Assembly (NCBI GenBank): GCA_963798835.1
Contig: CAWCVF010000017.1
Coordinates: 11,854-75,853, forward strand
Direction of reading: 5' to 3'
From: an uncultured Actinomycetota bacterium
GTDB lineage: Bacteria; Actinomycetota; Actinomycetes; Propionibacteriales; Propionibacteriaceae
DNA length: 64,000 nucleotides
Part shown: positions 51,082 to 61,899 of the stretch, piece after piece
Layout: the number at the start of each line of letters is the position of its first letter
Numbering within the stretch: position 1 is the first letter of the stretch
Program-made: the position numbers and the translations under genes
The notes under the pieces: model-generated
Told to the model about the DNA's origin: nothing
What the model saw: the letters and a program-made list of their open reading frames with translations, nothing else
Databases searched by the model: none

Positions 51082-52482
51082 GTGACGCATACCCACGTTG
51101 CCGGCTCAATTCACGCCGACTCCACGGCGCGCGCACCCAGCTGGCTGAGCACACCCAGCGACGTCAACGCCCTTCTCGGCAGCCTCTGGAGCAGCGGCGT
51201 ACGCAAAGACGAGAACGGCGTGCTCACCGTGGCGGGCCTGAGCGTTACTGCGATCGCTGATCAGGTCGGTACGCCGGCATACGTGGTGGACGAGGCGGAC
51301 CTGCGAGCCCGAGCTCGCGCCTTTGCGCAAGCTTTTGACGGCTGGGAGGTCTACTACGCCGCGAAGTCCTTTCTCTGTACGACCGTGGCGCGCTGGGTGG
51401 TAGAGGAGGGGCTCGGCATCGATGTCTGCACCGGCGGCGAACTGGCAGTCGTGCAGCGCGCCGGAGTTGATCTTCGTCGGGTAGGCCTGCACGGCAACAA
51501 CAAGAGTCTTGAGGAGTTGACGTACGCGCTGACCGCCGGTGTCGGAAGGATCATTATCGATTCCTTCGATGAGATCGAGCGGCTCGGTGTCATCGCTGAA
51601 CGGCTGCAGATCCGTCCCCGGGTCATGATCAGGGCGACCACCGGCGTCGAGGCCCATACGCACGAGTACATCGCCACCGCTCATGAAGATCAAAAATTCG
51701 GCTTCTCGATCGCCGGTGGCAGTGCCATAGCGGCGCTGCTCACTTGCCACGAGCATCCGTGGCTGGATCTGATCGGTATTCACGCCCACATCGGCTCCCA
51801 GATCTTCGATGCTGAGGGATTCGAGGTGGCAGCGCGGCGTACGCTGCGGCTGCACGCCGAGTTCGCCGCGCAGACGGACGTTGAGCTAGGTGAGCTGGAT
51901 CTTGGTGGCGGCTTCGGCATCGCCTACACCAGTGCCGACACCCCATCCACTCCGGCTGCTCTGTCGGCAGATCTTCGCGGAATCATCGAACACGAGTGCT
52001 CAGCCCATGGCGTCGCCGTGCCTCACCTGTCGATCGAACCGGGCCGCGCGATCAGCGGTCCGAGTACATTTGCCCTCTATCGGGTTGGCACAGTCAAGCC
52101 CGTCGCGTTGGACAACGGTGCCAGCCGGCTCTATGTCGCTGTCGACGGCGGTATGAGCGACAACATCAGAACTGCCCTGTACGCCGCCGAATACTCCGCC
52201 ACCCTGGCATCGCGCCTTTCCACAGATCCTCCGGTACTGGCCCGGGTAGTCGGCAAGCACTGCGAAGGCGGCGACATCTTGGTCCGTGATGAGTTCCTTC
52301 CCGCCGATATCGGCCCCGGCGATCTGCTGGCCGTGCCGGGCGCGGGCGCGTACAGCCGCTCGATGGCGAGCAATTACAACCACGTTCCGCGACCGCCCGT
52401 GATCGCGGTACGAGACGGCCAGATCAGCACACTGATCCGGCGCGAGACTATCGAGGATTTGCTGGCATTGGATGCTGGGTGA
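51082..52482 (+). CDS. lysA: diaminopimelate decarboxylase
   Basis: PLP-binding YAAKSF, GGGFGI and the fold-III decarboxylase C-terminus (CEGGDIL, GAYS). Confidence 0.95.
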   Translation: MTHTHVAGSIHADSTARAPSWLSTPSDVNALLGSLWSSGVRKDENGVLTVAGLSVTAIADQVGTPAYVVDEADLRARARAFAQAFDGWEVYYAAKSFLCTTVARWVVEEGLGIDVCTGGELAVVQRAGVDLRRVGLHGNNKSLEELTYALTAGVGRIIIDSFDEIERLGVIAERLQIRPRVMIRATTGVEAHTHEYIATAHEDQKFGFSIAGGSAIAALLTCHEHPWLDLIGIHAHIGSQIFDAEGFEVAARRTLRLHAEFAAQTDVELGELDLGGGFGIAYTSADTPSTPAALSADLRGIIEHECSAHGVAVPHLSIEPGRAISGPSTFALYRVGTVKPVALDNGASRLYVAVDGGMSDNIRTALYAAEYSATLASRLSTDPPVLARVVGKHCEGGDILVRDEFLPADIGPGDLLAVPGAGAYSRSMASNYNHVPRPPVIAVRDGQISTLIRRETIEDLLALDAG

Positions 52483-52604
52483 GAGCTACCTGAGGCCAAG
52501 CCAGCCCTGCTCGAAAGAATTTGTTTCGCCGACTTCGCGTCAATGAGGAACAATAAGACCGCCACGATTCGGGGTCGTGGTGTCGTTATGTAAATGAGGT
52601 TTAC

Positions 52605-53948
52605 GTGACTTTGACCAGCGTGCGGCCAGCGCCCCTTGTTGACGTTTCACCATTGACACCGCTGCGAGTAGCTCTGCTCGGCTGTGGCGTCGTCGGCTCG
52701 GAGGTGGCGCGGCTGATCATTGGACAAGCAGCCGATCTCCGCGCCCGAGTCGGACGACCTTTGGAGCTGGTCGGCATCGCTGTGCGGCAGCCTGAGCGGT
52801 ATCGCGCGGGCATCGACCCAGAGTTGTTCACCACCGATGCCGAAGCCCTCGTCAGCCGGGACGATGTCGATTTGGTGATCGAGGTCATCGGCGGGATCGA
52901 ACCAGCCCGGTCGTTGATCTTGGCGGCCATGCGGCATGGAGCCTCCGTAGTCACCGCCAACAAAGCGCTGCTCGCCGAGGACGGCGTGAGGTTGTTCGAG
53001 GCTGCCGAACAGGCCGGCACAGATCTGTACTTCGAGGCCGCGGTGGCGGGTGCGATTCCGATCATCCGGCCACTCCGCGAATCGCTGGTTGGCGACGAGA
53101 TCACGTCGGTGATCGGAATCGTCAACGGCACCACCAATTACATCCTCGACCGAATGGACACCGGCGGGATCAGTTACACCGAGGCGCTCCACGAGGCTCA
53201 GGAACTTGGCTACGCGGAGGCAGATCCAACTGCTGACGTTGAGGGTTTCGACGCGGCCGCCAAGGCGGCTATTTTGGCGAGCCTCGCATTTCACACCCGC
53301 GTCACCGGCGCCGATGTTTACCGGGAAGGCATCAGCGGCGTTACCCCGGCCGACATTGCCTCGGCGCACGACATCGGCTGCGTCGTCAAGCTGCTGGCGA
53401 TCTGTCAGCTGTCACCGGCCGTCGCGGCCGGAGATCGAACGGTTTCAGTGCGTGTCCATCCCGCGATGATCCCGCGCTCTCATCCGCTGGCGGCCGTGGG
53501 CGATGCCTACAACGCGATCTTTGTCGAATCGATGTCGGCCGGACGGCTCATGTTCTACGGCCCGGGCGCCGGCGGCTCTCCAACCGCGAGTGCGGTGTTG
53601 GGCGATCTCGTCACGATTGCGCGCAACCGGCTGCGTGGGGCGGTCGGCCCTGGTGAGTCCAGCTATGCGGCGCGCCCAGTGAGCAAGATCGGCAGCGTTC
53701 TGACGCGCTACTACGTCTCGCTCGAGGTTGCTGATGTCGTTGGGGTACTCGCCACAATCGCTGATGTCTTCTCCGAGCATGGCGTATCGATTGAAACCGT
53801 ACGGCAGAACGGTCGCGGCGCCGACGCCCAGCTCGTGCTCGTCACCCACCATGCACACGATGCGGCACTCAGCGCGACAGTGCAGGCGCTACGCGGCATG
53901 GACGTGGTGCGTAAGGTGACGAGCGTGATGCGAGTCGAAGGCGATTGA
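52605..53948 (+). CDS. hom: homoserine dehydrogenase with ACT domain
   Basis: [10 protein letters not shown] Rossmann motif, ANKALLA, the [14 protein letters not shown] signature and a C-terminal ACT region. Confidence 0.95.
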   Translation: MTLTSVRPAPLVDVSPLTPLRVALLGCGVVGSEVARLIIGQAADLRARVGRPLELVGIAVRQPERYRAGIDPELFTTDAEALVSRDDVDLVIEVIGGIEPARSLILAAMRHGASVVTANKALLAEDGVRLFEAAEQAGTDLYFEAAVAGAIPIIRPLRESLVGDEITSVIGIVNGTTNYILDRMDTGGISYTEALHEAQELGYAEADPTADVEGFDAAAKAAILASLAFHTRVTGADVYREGISGVTPADIASAHDIGCVVKLLAICQLSPAVAAGDRTVSVRVHPAMIPRSHPLAAVGDAYNAIFVESMSAGRLMFYGPGAGGSPTASAVLGDLVTIARNRLRGAVGPGESSYAARPVSKIGSVLTRYYVSLEVADVVGVLATIADVFSEHGVSIETVRQNGRGADAQLVLVTHHAHDAALSATVQALRGMDVVRKVTSVMRVEGD

Positions 53949-53949
53949 C

Positions 53950-55059
53950 GTGATCCCGGAGTCCTTCCTCGCGGCCCGGGACACTTCTGTCATGCACCGG
54001 CCCGGATACGGCGTCATCGCGCGTTATCGCGACTGGCTGCCACTGTCAGACAGCGATCCCGTCATCACCCTGGGGGAGGGCAGTACGCCGCTGGTCGCTG
54101 CCGAGAAGCTGTCAGACATTCTTGGCTGCGAAGCGTGGATCAAGGTCGAGGGCACTAACCCGACCGGCTCGTTCAAGGACCGTGGCATGACAGTCGCTCT
54201 TAGTGTCGCCGCGGGACAGGGTGCCCAAGCGGTGGTGTGTGCCTCGACCGGAAATACCTCTGCATCGGCCGCCGCGTACGCCGCACGCGCCGGGCTGTCC
54301 ACCATCGTGCTGCTGCCTGCTGGTCGAATCGCGACGGGCAAGCTCGCCCAAGCCATCGTGCACGGCGCCAAGGTTGTGCAGGTTGACGGCAACTTCGACG
54401 ACTGCCTCGAATTGGCCCGCAAGCTGGCCCACGACTACCCGGTCGCCCTAGTCAATTCGGTCAATCCCAATCGAATCGAAGGACAAAAGACCGCTGCCTT
54501 CGAAGTCATCGACGAGTTGGGAGATGCGCCGGATCTGCATGTCATTCCGGTCGGCAACGCCGGGAATATCTCGGCGTACTGGCGTGGTTACAAGCAATAT
54601 GCGTCGGCCGGTAAGGCGATGCGGACCCCCAGAATGTGGGGCTTCCAGGCTGCGGGCGCTGCCCCCTTGGTGCTAGGCCATCCGATTCTCCAGCCGGAAA
54701 CCATAGCGACGGCAATCCGCATTGGTAATCCGGCATCGGCCGAGCCGGCACGAGCTGCGCGGGATGAGTCGCGCGGCTTGATCGAGGCGGTCAGTGACGA
54801 TCAGATCCTCAACGCGCAGGCCTTTCTTGCGAGGGAAGAGGGCATTTTCGTCGAGCCGGCGTCGGCAGCCGGAGTTGCGGGTCTACTGGCCAAGCATGAG
54901 CGCGGCGAGGTTGAGTCGGGGCTGCAGATTGCGATAACCGTGACCGGTCACGGATTGAAGGACGTGGATACCGCATTGTCGCGACTCGGCCCGATCCACG
55001 CAGAGGTTGTGACCGCCGATCTGCTTGCTATCGCATCCGTCTGCGGCTTGATCGATTAG
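53950..55059 (+). CDS. thrC: threonine synthase
   Basis: PLP lysine motif [11 protein letters not shown] and GNAGN. ATG 53992 is an alternative start. Confidence 0.95.
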   Translation: MIPESFLAARDTSVMHRPGYGVIARYRDWLPLSDSDPVITLGEGSTPLVAAEKLSDILGCEAWIKVEGTNPTGSFKDRGMTVALSVAAGQGAQAVVCASTGNTSASAAAYAARAGLSTIVLLPAGRIATGKLAQAIVHGAKVVQVDGNFDDCLELARKLAHDYPVALVNSVNPNRIEGQKTAAFEVIDELGDAPDLHVIPVGNAGNISAYWRGYKQYASAGKAMRTPRMWGFQAAGAAPLVLGHPILQPETIATAIRIGNPASAEPARAARDESRGLIEAVSDDQILNAQAFLAREEGIFVEPASAAGVAGLLAKHERGEVESGLQIAITVTGHGLKDVDTALSRLGPIHAEVVTADLLAIASVCGLID

Positions 55060-55077
55060 GCATCCGGCGGGTGCGCG

Positions 55078-56058
55078 ATGCAAAGGAGCGGCATGGATCT
55101 TGGCCTGGCTGAACAGCGGGTCTTGAGCCGCGGTCGGTCGGTGATGGTCGAGGTTCCAGCCACGAGTGCAAACCTCGGGCCTGGCTTTGATTGCTTCGGA
55201 CTGGCGCTGGACTGGCGGGAACGAGTCAACCTCGCAGTGATCGACCACGGTTACCAAATCGAGGTGTCCGGAGAAGGCGCAACAGAGCTACCGCGCGACG
55301 AGACCCACTTGATCATCCGTGCGGCCCTGGTCGGCTTAGCTGATCTTGGCGTACGCGCACCGGGCCTATGGCTTGGTTGTCGCAACACCATTCCACATGC
55401 TCGTGGCCTGGGCTCTTCTTCGGCGGCGATCGTCGCAGGACTGGTGGCTGCTGCTGGATTGGCGGGAGTCGATGCGGAGCAGGAGTGGCTGCTGAGGCAC
55501 GCCAATGCCATCGAGGGCCATCCCGACAACGTGGCTGCGGCGATCTATGGCGGATTCGTGCTCGCCTACGAAGGTCGGGCCGGTGTCACGGTGGCGGAAG
55601 GCAGTGTCGATCCCGCCATTGGGGCCGCGCTGTTCATTCCGAACATGTCGGTGGCCACCGAGGCTGCTCGCGGACTGCTCCCGCAGACCGTGCCGCATGT
55701 CGAGGCAGCTGCCAACTCGGGACGGGCTGCTCTGCTGGTGCACGCCATGGCATCCGAACCCGATCTGCTTTACGACGCCACCTGCGACTGGTTGCATCAG
55801 GGCTACCGGGAAGCCGCCATGCCACGCTCGTACGAGCTCATGAAATCGCTACGCGGTCGAGGCTTCGCAGCCATGATCAGCGGCGCAGGCCCGAGCGTCT
55901 TGGTACTCGGTACCAGGACGGATCTGGTGGTACTTCAAGATCGACAAGTAGCTGGATTCTCGGTACGTCTCAGTGAGATCGGCTCAGCGGCCGCGATTGT
56001 CCAGGCATGCGACGCCTCGGTGTCGAGAGATCACAGTGCTGTTGAGACCGCACGATGA
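55078..56058 (+). CDS. thrB: homoserine kinase
   Basis: VPATSANLGPGFD and the GHMP motif RGLGSSSAAIVAG. ATG 55144 is a more typical start. Confidence 0.9.
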   Translation: MQRSGMDLGLAEQRVLSRGRSVMVEVPATSANLGPGFDCFGLALDWRERVNLAVIDHGYQIEVSGEGATELPRDETHLIIRAALVGLADLGVRAPGLWLGCRNTIPHARGLGSSSAAIVAGLVAAAGLAGVDAEQEWLLRHANAIEGHPDNVAAAIYGGFVLAYEGRAGVTVAEGSVDPAIGAALFIPNMSVATEAARGLLPQTVPHVEAAANSGRAALLVHAMASEPDLLYDATCDWLHQGYREAAMPRSYELMKSLRGRGFAAMISGAGPSVLVLGTRTDLVVLQDRQVAGFSVRLSEIGSAAAIVQACDASVSRDHSAVETAR

Positions 56059-56403
56059 CGGGAGCCCGCTTCGCCGACTGAAGAAGTTCGCGACCTGGAT
56101 GTGAGAACGGTGGGTCCACCCCCGGCGGCGAAGGAGGCTAATCTGGCGGGCAGGCCGTCAGAGTGGCATCAAAGATGGAAAGTCCCAGCGCAAGTGCTAG
56201 CCTTGGATGGCCGACACGGTCAGGGCAGCTGCGGTGACCGGCTTCCCACACCAGCTAAGTCACAAAACGCACATCTGACCAAGTAGCGCCTCAAAGGTCA
56301 GGTGTGACGCGGACGAAGCTCCAGGCATCTCCCGTCAGCCACATCTCGAGAACAGTCGTCGCGATGCGCTGAGGACCTCAAGAAAGACCCGCTGGTCGGG
56401 GAT

Positions 56404-58464
56404 ATGACCCCGTGCCATGGATGGGCACCGATGACGTGCCCGAACGGACAAGGACACACATTGACAGACATCGCCGAAGTGACGAGCGCATCTCCGATGG
56501 AGGAAGGCGCCGGCGAGCAAGGAACACAACTCACCAGTGATCGTCGCAATCGCAAGGGCTCAGGCCTGGACTCGATGGTCCTCCCCGAGCTGAAGCAGCT
56601 GGCCAGCTCCCTGAAGATCAGGGGCATCGGCGCCATGCGCAAGAGTCAGCTGATCGAAGCCATTCGCGCCGCCCAGCGTGGCACCGGCGCAGCCGGATAT
56701 TCCGCTGGCGCCGAGCAGGACAATGGCCACCGCAACCTTCCAGACAATTCCCGCGACAACCGGGATGTCGCCAGTGCGCTCGATGAGTTGCAGCAGGCGC
56801 CGCGCGAGGCACGCAGCCAGCGCCAGGAGGCACCCATGCTCGAAAACCCCGTACAGCCGCAGCTGGTCGAGCCGACCGAGCGCGCCGACAGCTCCTCAGG
56901 TGAGCGGCAAGCGCCGGTGCAGAACCGCGACGGCAGCCAGGTCCGCGAAGAGACCCCTGCCGGCGGTGGAGACGGACAACGGCAATCCAACCGCTCTGAC
57001 CAGCAATCTCGTACCGAGGAGCAGGGCCTCCAGGGCCGGCAAGGTGAAAGCGGCGAGCGGGGCGACGGGTCCCGTGACGGACGGCAGAACGACCGGCAGG
57101 ATCGCAGGAATCGCAGCCCGCAGGCTCGTGAGAACCAGCAGCGTGAGAACCAGGGTCGAGACAATCAAGGCCGTGACAATCAGGGCCGTGACAACCAGGG
57201 CCGGGACTGGGAAGAGGATGGCGGCAGTCGCCGGAGTCGCCGACGCCGCAGCCGTGACCGGCAGAACCGGCGCAGCCGTGGCGGCGGCAGCAATCTCGAA
57301 CGCTATGACTCCGAGCCAGTGGTCTCCGAGGACGATGTGCTCGTTCCGGCTCGCGGCATCCTCGACGTCCTCGACAACTACGCATTCGTCCGGACCAACG
57401 GCTACCTCCCAGGGCCAGACGACGCCTACGTCTCGTTGTCGATGGTCAAAAAGCTCGGCCTGCGTAAGGGTGATCTAGTCACCGGCGTCATCCGTACGCC
57501 GCGCGAGGGCGAGCGCAAGGAGAAGTTCAACCCGATGGTGAGGATCGACACCGTCAACGGTGGCGACCTGGAATCCGCCCGGCAGCGACCTGACTTTGCG
57601 AAGCTCACGCCCCTTTATCCGCAGGAGCGGCTGAAGCTGGAGACGACTCCAACCCAGATGGCCGGCCGAATCATCGACTTGGTTGCACCCATCGGCAAAG
57701 GTCAGCGCGCGCTCATCGTCTCGCCTTCGAAGGCGGGCAAGACCTTGATCATGCAGGCCATCGCCAACTCGATCGCCATCAATAATCCCGAAGTAAAGCT
57801 GATGGTCGTCCTGGTCGACGAGCGACCCGAGGAGGTCACCGACTTCGAGCGCTCGGCCAAGGGCGAAGTGATCTCATCGACGTTCGACCGACCGGCCGAA
57901 GATCACACCACCGTTGCCGAGCTGGCTATCGAGCGCGCGAAACGGCTCGTCGAGCTAGGGCACGATGTGGTGATCCTGCTCGACGGCATTACCCGGCTCA
58001 GCCGTGCCTACAACCTGGCAGCGCCGGCGTCAGGACGGATCTTGTCGGGTGGTGTCGATTCCGCAGCGTTGTACCCGCCGAAGAAGTTCCTGGGTGCGGC
58101 CCGCAATATCGAGGGTGGCGGCTCACTCACGATCCTCGCGACTGCTCTGGTCGAGACCGGCTCGAAGATGGATGAGGTGATCTTCGAGGAGTTCAAGGGC
58201 ACCGGCAACTCCGAGATCCGGCTGCGCCGCGAATTCGCTGAGAAGCGAATCTTCCCGGCCATTGACGTCGACGCGTCCAGCACTCGCCGCGAAGAACTGC
58301 TGATGAGCCGTGAGGAGCTGGCGATCGTGTGGAAGCTGCGGCGGGTCCTGTCCGGACTCGAGAGCCTGCAGGGCCTGGAGATGCTGCTGGACCGGCTCCG
58401 CAAGACACAAAGCAACACTGAGTTCTTGATGGCGATCACCAAGACCATCCCGGCCCAGGACTAG
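56404..58464 (+). CDS. rho: transcription termination factor Rho with long Arg/Asp/Asn/Gln-rich N-terminal insertion
   Basis: Rho_N (LPELKQLASSLKIRG), about 200 aa of low-complexity insertion, an RNA-binding CSD (GILDVLDNYAFVR), Walker A (PSKAGKT) and the RecA-like core. Exact start uncertain. Confidence 0.95.
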   Translation: MTPCHGWAPMTCPNGQGHTLTDIAEVTSASPMEEGAGEQGTQLTSDRRNRKGSGLDSMVLPELKQLASSLKIRGIGAMRKSQLIEAIRAAQRGTGAAGYSAGAEQDNGHRNLPDNSRDNRDVASALDELQQAPREARSQRQEAPMLENPVQPQLVEPTERADSSSGERQAPVQNRDGSQVREETPAGGGDGQRQSNRSDQQSRTEEQGLQGRQGESGERGDGSRDGRQNDRQDRRNRSPQARENQQRENQGRDNQGRDNQGRDNQGRDWEEDGGSRRSRRRRSRDRQNRRSRGGGSNLERYDSEPVVSEDDVLVPARGILDVLDNYAFVRTNGYLPGPDDAYVSLSMVKKLGLRKGDLVTGVIRTPREGERKEKFNPMVRIDTVNGGDLESARQRPDFAKLTPLYPQERLKLETTPTQMAGRIIDLVAPIGKGQRALIVSPSKAGKTLIMQAIANSIAINNPEVKLMVVLVDERPEEVTDFERSAKGEVISSTFDRPAEDHTTVAELAIERAKRLVELGHDVVILLDGITRLSRAYNLAAPASGRILSGGVDSAALYPPKKFLGAARNIEGGGSLTILATALVETGSKMDEVIFEEFKGTGNSEIRLRREFAEKRIFPAIDVDASSTRREELLMSREELAIVWKLRRVLSGLESLQGLEMLLDRLRKTQSNTEFLMAITKTIPAQD
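57127..57207. repeat. 15-nt tandem repeat inside the Rho insertion domain
   Basis: CGTGAGAACCAGCAG / CGTGAGAACCAGGGT / CGAGACAATCAAGGC / CGTGACAATCAGGGC / CGTGACAACCAGGGC encode RENQQRENQGRDNQGRDNQGRDNQGRD. Confidence 0.9.
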
Positions 58465-58592
58465 CCGTAGCTCACACGGGACTAAAGCAGGCCGGTTAGT
58501 CGTTCAGAATTTGGTGCCGTAGCTCGGCCTGCGGCAGAATCACCCCTTGGTGCCGGTTCACGCCATATCTCAACGGCGACCCGGCGCACACG

Positions 58593-58844
58593 ATGAGGAG
58601 GACAGATATGAAGCCCGACATTCACCCCGCGTACGCAGAGACGCTGGTGACCTGTACGTGTGGCAACACCTTCACGACCCGGAGCACAGCGCCGAACGGC
58701 GTAATCCATGCAGATGTGTGCTCGAACTGCCACCCGTTCTACACAGGCAAGCAGAAGATTCTTGACACCGGTGGCCGTGTTGCTCGCTTCGAGAAGCGGT
58801 ACGCGGCTCGGCAGCCGGCGGCCAAAAAGAAGGCGTCCAAATAG
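58593..58844 (+). CDS. rpmE: 50S ribosomal protein L31 (Zn-binding type A)
   Basis: MKPDIHPAY...CTCG...[13 protein letters not shown]. Confidence 0.95.
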   Translation: MRRTDMKPDIHPAYAETLVTCTCGNTFTTRSTAPNGVIHADVCSNCHPFYTGKQKILDTGGRVARFEKRYAARQPAAKKKASK

Positions 58845-58907
58845 CGTTACGCGCAGCGCCGGGAGGCGGGGAAATCCCCTGCAACCCGGCGCTCGCTGCG
58901 TCTCGAT

Positions 58908-58966
58908 CTCCGACTTGTCAGCGTCGCGTGGTCGTCATAGCAACCACTGACGCTGACAAGTCGGAG
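58908..58966. repeat. Repeat family 2 copy (nested hairpin)
   Basis: CTCCGACTTGTCAGCGTC ... GACGCTGACAAGTCGGAG (18-nt perfect arms) with an inner GTGGT...ACCAC stem. It lies between rpmE and prfA. Confidence 0.85.
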
Positions 58967-58977
58967 AGGGGCGGGTC

Positions 58978-60063
58978 GTGATATTTGAGTCGGCCGCTCC
59001 CTTACGTGCGGAGTTTCACGAACTGGAAACCGCGCTCGGCGATCCGGCGGTGCATGCCGATCTTGCTCGCGCTCGTAAGGTGGGGCGCCGCTATGCCGAG
59101 CTGATGCCGATCGTCAAGACTCTGGACGAATACGACCGACTCACCGATGATCTTGAAGCAGCCAAGGAACTCGCTGCGGAAGACGAGTCGCTGGCCGCGG
59201 AGGCTGCGGAGCTGGCGGCGCAGCTTGGCCCGGTGACAGATCGGCTGACGCGATTGCTGGCTCCTCGGGACCCCAACGACTCTTCGGATGCGCTGATGGA
59301 GATCAAGTCGGGTGAAGGTGGCGAGGAGTCGGCGCTGTTCGCCGCCGACTTGCTCAAGATGTATTCGCGATACGCGGAGAACCGCGGCTGGAAGGTCGAA
59401 GTTCTCGACGCGCAGGAAACCGATCTTGGTGGCTACAAGTCTGCGACGATTGCGATCAAGGCATCCAGCGCGGGCGACCCTGACTCGATGCCCTACGGCG
59501 TACTCAAATTCGAGGGCGGTGTGCATCGGGTGCAGCGCGTCCCGATCACCGAATCCCAAGGCAGGGTGCACACCTCTGCGGCCGGCGTACTCGTCATGCC
59601 GGAGGTGGCCGAAACCGAAATTGAGATCAACGAGGACGATCTCCGCATCGATGTCTACCGGTCATCCGGCCCGGGGGGCCAAGGAGTCAACACCACCGAC
59701 TCCGCAGTGCGGATCACCCATTTACCGAGTGGCATCGTGGTCTCCTGCCAGAACGAGCGTTCGCAGCTGCAGAACCGCGAGCAGGCGATGCGAATGCTCC
59801 GCGCTCGGTTGACCGCTGTAGCCGAGGAAGAGGCTGCCAATGCCGCCTCTGCTGCACGTCGCAGTCAGGTGCGGACAGTTGATCGTTCAGAGCGCGTTCG
59901 GACCTACAACTTTCCCGAAAACCGCATCTCTGATCACCGAATCGGCTTCAAGGCTTACAACCTTGATCAAGTTCTGAATGGCGACCTGGACGCAGTGATC
60001 AACGCCCTGCAAGAAGCTGACACCCAGTTGCGGCTCTCCCAGGTCGCTAGCTCGACTCCGTGA
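58978..60063 (+). CDS. prfA: peptide chain release factor 1
   Basis: PVT-type tripeptide region ([10 protein letters not shown]) and GGQ motif ([10 protein letters not shown]). Confidence 0.95.
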   Translation: MIFESAAPLRAEFHELETALGDPAVHADLARARKVGRRYAELMPIVKTLDEYDRLTDDLEAAKELAAEDESLAAEAAELAAQLGPVTDRLTRLLAPRDPNDSSDALMEIKSGEGGEESALFAADLLKMYSRYAENRGWKVEVLDAQETDLGGYKSATIAIKASSAGDPDSMPYGVLKFEGGVHRVQRVPITESQGRVHTSAAGVLVMPEVAETEIEINEDDLRIDVYRSSGPGGQGVNTTDSAVRITHLPSGIVVSCQNERSQLQNREQAMRMLRARLTAVAEEEAANAASAARRSQVRTVDRSERVRTYNFPENRISDHRIGFKAYNLDQVLNGDLDAVINALQEADTQLRLSQVASSTP

Positions 60064-60935
60064 GCAAGGCTGTCCGGCCCTTGTTGATCGAGGCCGTAAG
60101 CCAATTACGTGCTGGTGGTGTCGAGTCGCCGGAGCAGGACGCTCGACAGCTCCTCGCGTACGCCGCAGGAGTCGAGTTGGCTCGTCTGCCGCTGGTCGAT
60201 GCGGTCGAAGACGGTCAAGCGGCCCATTTCCAGACGTTGATCAAGAAACGGTCGCAGCGGATTCCGCTGCAGCATCTGACCGGTCGGGCTCATTTCCGCC
60301 ATCTGGAGTTGGAGGTAGGGCCTGGCGTCTTCGTGCCTAGGCCCGAAACCGAGGTGATGACCGGCTGGGCGATCGAACAGCTACGTCCCATGGTTTACGC
60401 CGTCGCCCGCGGGACGTCGCGACACCTGCCGGTAGTGGTGGAGCTCGGAACCGGATCAGGTGCTATTGCGAAATCCATCGCCACCGAATTGACCGGAACT
60501 CGGGTGTACGCGGTCGAGGTATCCGAGGAGGCGGCAGCGTATGCCTCGCGGAATCTCGCTGATACCACCGTTGAGCTCTACGTACAGGACATGATCGGTG
60601 CTCTGCCACAACTGAACTGCGGCGTGGATCTGGTGATCGCCAACCCGCCTTATATCCCACTTGAGGCTTTCGAGTCAGTCGTGCCAGAAGCGCGCGATCA
60701 TGATCCGCTGCTCGCACTGTTCGCCGGTCAGGACGGTCTGGATGTGATCAGAGCGGTTGTCGCCGAGGCGGCGCGGCTGCTACGACCGGCAGGCCTGCTG
60801 TGCGTCGAGCATGCCGACGTACAAGGCGAATCCGCTCAGCAGGTCGTCGTGACACATGGCGGCTTTGCTGGCGTGCGTGATCATTCGGATCTCACCGGCC
60901 GATCGCGCTTCGTCACAGCAATCAGGCGCTCTTAG
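60060..60935 (+). CDS. prmC: release-factor glutamine N5-methyltransferase
   Basis: SAM motif [10 protein letters not shown] and catalytic NPPY (IANPPYIP). Overlaps the prfA stop. Confidence 0.9.
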   Translation: MSKAVRPLLIEAVSQLRAGGVESPEQDARQLLAYAAGVELARLPLVDAVEDGQAAHFQTLIKKRSQRIPLQHLTGRAHFRHLELEVGPGVFVPRPETEVMTGWAIEQLRPMVYAVARGTSRHLPVVVELGTGSGAIAKSIATELTGTRVYAVEVSEEAAAYASRNLADTTVELYVQDMIGALPQLNCGVDLVIANPPYIPLEAFESVVPEARDHDPLLALFAGQDGLDVIRAVVAEAARLLRPAGLLCVEHADVQGESAQQVVVTHGGFAGVRDHSDLTGRSRFVTAIRRS

Positions 60936-60954
60936 ATCTTTATTGTGGACGGAT

Positions 60955-61083
60955 CGGATCGCGCTCCGCCGTGCGCAGGAGGAGGGAGCAGACACGCTTT
61001 CGTCTGCGAGCGAGGACGAAGTAGGCGGGCACGTAGCGCGATCCGCGCTGAGCGAGCGTAGCGAGTGAAGCAATCAATACAGA
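60955..61083 (+). repeat. Repeat family 3 copy (core plus tail), direct orientation
   Basis: CGGATCGCGCTCCGCCGTGCGCAGGAGGAGGGAGCAGACACGCTTTCGTCTGCGAGCGAGGACGAAGTAGGCGGGCACGTAGCGCGATCCGCG plus the tail CTGAGCGAGCGTAGCGAGTGAAGCAATCAATACAG. About 90 percent identical by eye to the reverse complement of 63021-63152. Confidence 0.9.
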
Positions 61084-61104
61084 CAACTCTGGCAGGATTG
61101 ACCG

Positions 61105-61899
61105 GTGACTACGACCGGCGAACCCGGTGACCTTGAGTCTGGAGAGGCGGCGGAAACTGAGCTTTCCGCGGGCTATCGACGCTTCGACTGTACGGCCGGT
61201 GATGCATCGCGTAACGCAGCAGCGACCGAGGCTGCTCGCCAGGCGATCGAGGCTGGCGAATGCATAGTGCTGCCCACCGATACGGTCTATGGGATCGGCG
61301 CTGATGCGTTCAGTGCCAAGGCGGTGCGCCGGCTGCTCGAGGCGAAGCACCGCGGCCGTGACATGCCCCCGCCGGTATTGATCGGCGAGCCGACCTTGAT
61401 CCGAGCGCTCGCTGTCAATGTGCCTGAGGCAGCTAGGGATCTCGTCGATAAGCACTGGCCGGGCGCGCTCACCGTGATCTGCCATATCCAGCCAAGTTTG
61501 CGGATGGATCTGGGCGACACTGAGGGCACCATTGCGCTGCGGGTTCCCGATCATGAACTGGCCCGCGAGATCTTACGGCGTACCGGGCCGATGGCCGTCA
61601 GTAGCGCCAACCTCAGCGGTCAGGCTGCCGCCCTGACCTGCGACGATGCAATTGATCAGCTTGGCGACGCGGTGGCGGTCTATCTCGACGGAGGTCCGCT
61701 GGCGGACGCGGGCGGCGCGCCGTCGACCATCGTGGACTTCAGCCGAAATGACGAGGGTCAGGTGCTGCGCCGAGGCGCCATCAGCGTGGAGATGTTGCGC
61801 GAGACCGTCCCGAATCTTCGTGATCTGACCGATGACGACGACCGCACAGAGGATGACCCCGAGTCTGACTCGGGCGAGATGCCTTCCGCAGGAGGCTGA
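61105..61899 (+). CDS. tsaC: L-threonylcarbamoyladenylate synthase (TsaC/Sua5/YwlC family)
   Basis: VLPTDTVYGIGADAF, KHRGRDMPPPVLI, SANLSGQ. Acidic C-terminal tail. Confidence 0.85.
   Translation: MTTTGEPGDLESGEAAETELSAGYRRFDCTAGDASRNAAATEAARQAIEAGECIVLPTDTVYGIGADAFSAKAVRRLLEAKHRGRDMPPPVLIGEPTLIRALAVNVPEAARDLVDKHWPGALTVICHIQPSLRMDLGDTEGTIALRVPDHELAREILRRTGPMAVSSANLSGQAAALTCDDAIDQLGDAVAVYLDGGPLADAGGAPSTIVDFSRNDEGQVLRRGAISVEMLRETVPNLRDLTDDDDRTEDDPESDSGEMPSAGG

Noticed and set aside
52543-52593. 16-codon uORF (MRNNKTATIRGRGVVM) upstream of hom as a Thr/Ile attenuation leader.
   Set aside because: There is no SD, only two Thr and one Ile codon, and I could not build a convincing alternative terminator/antiterminator pairing. 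The low-GC spacer is more simply a promoter region.
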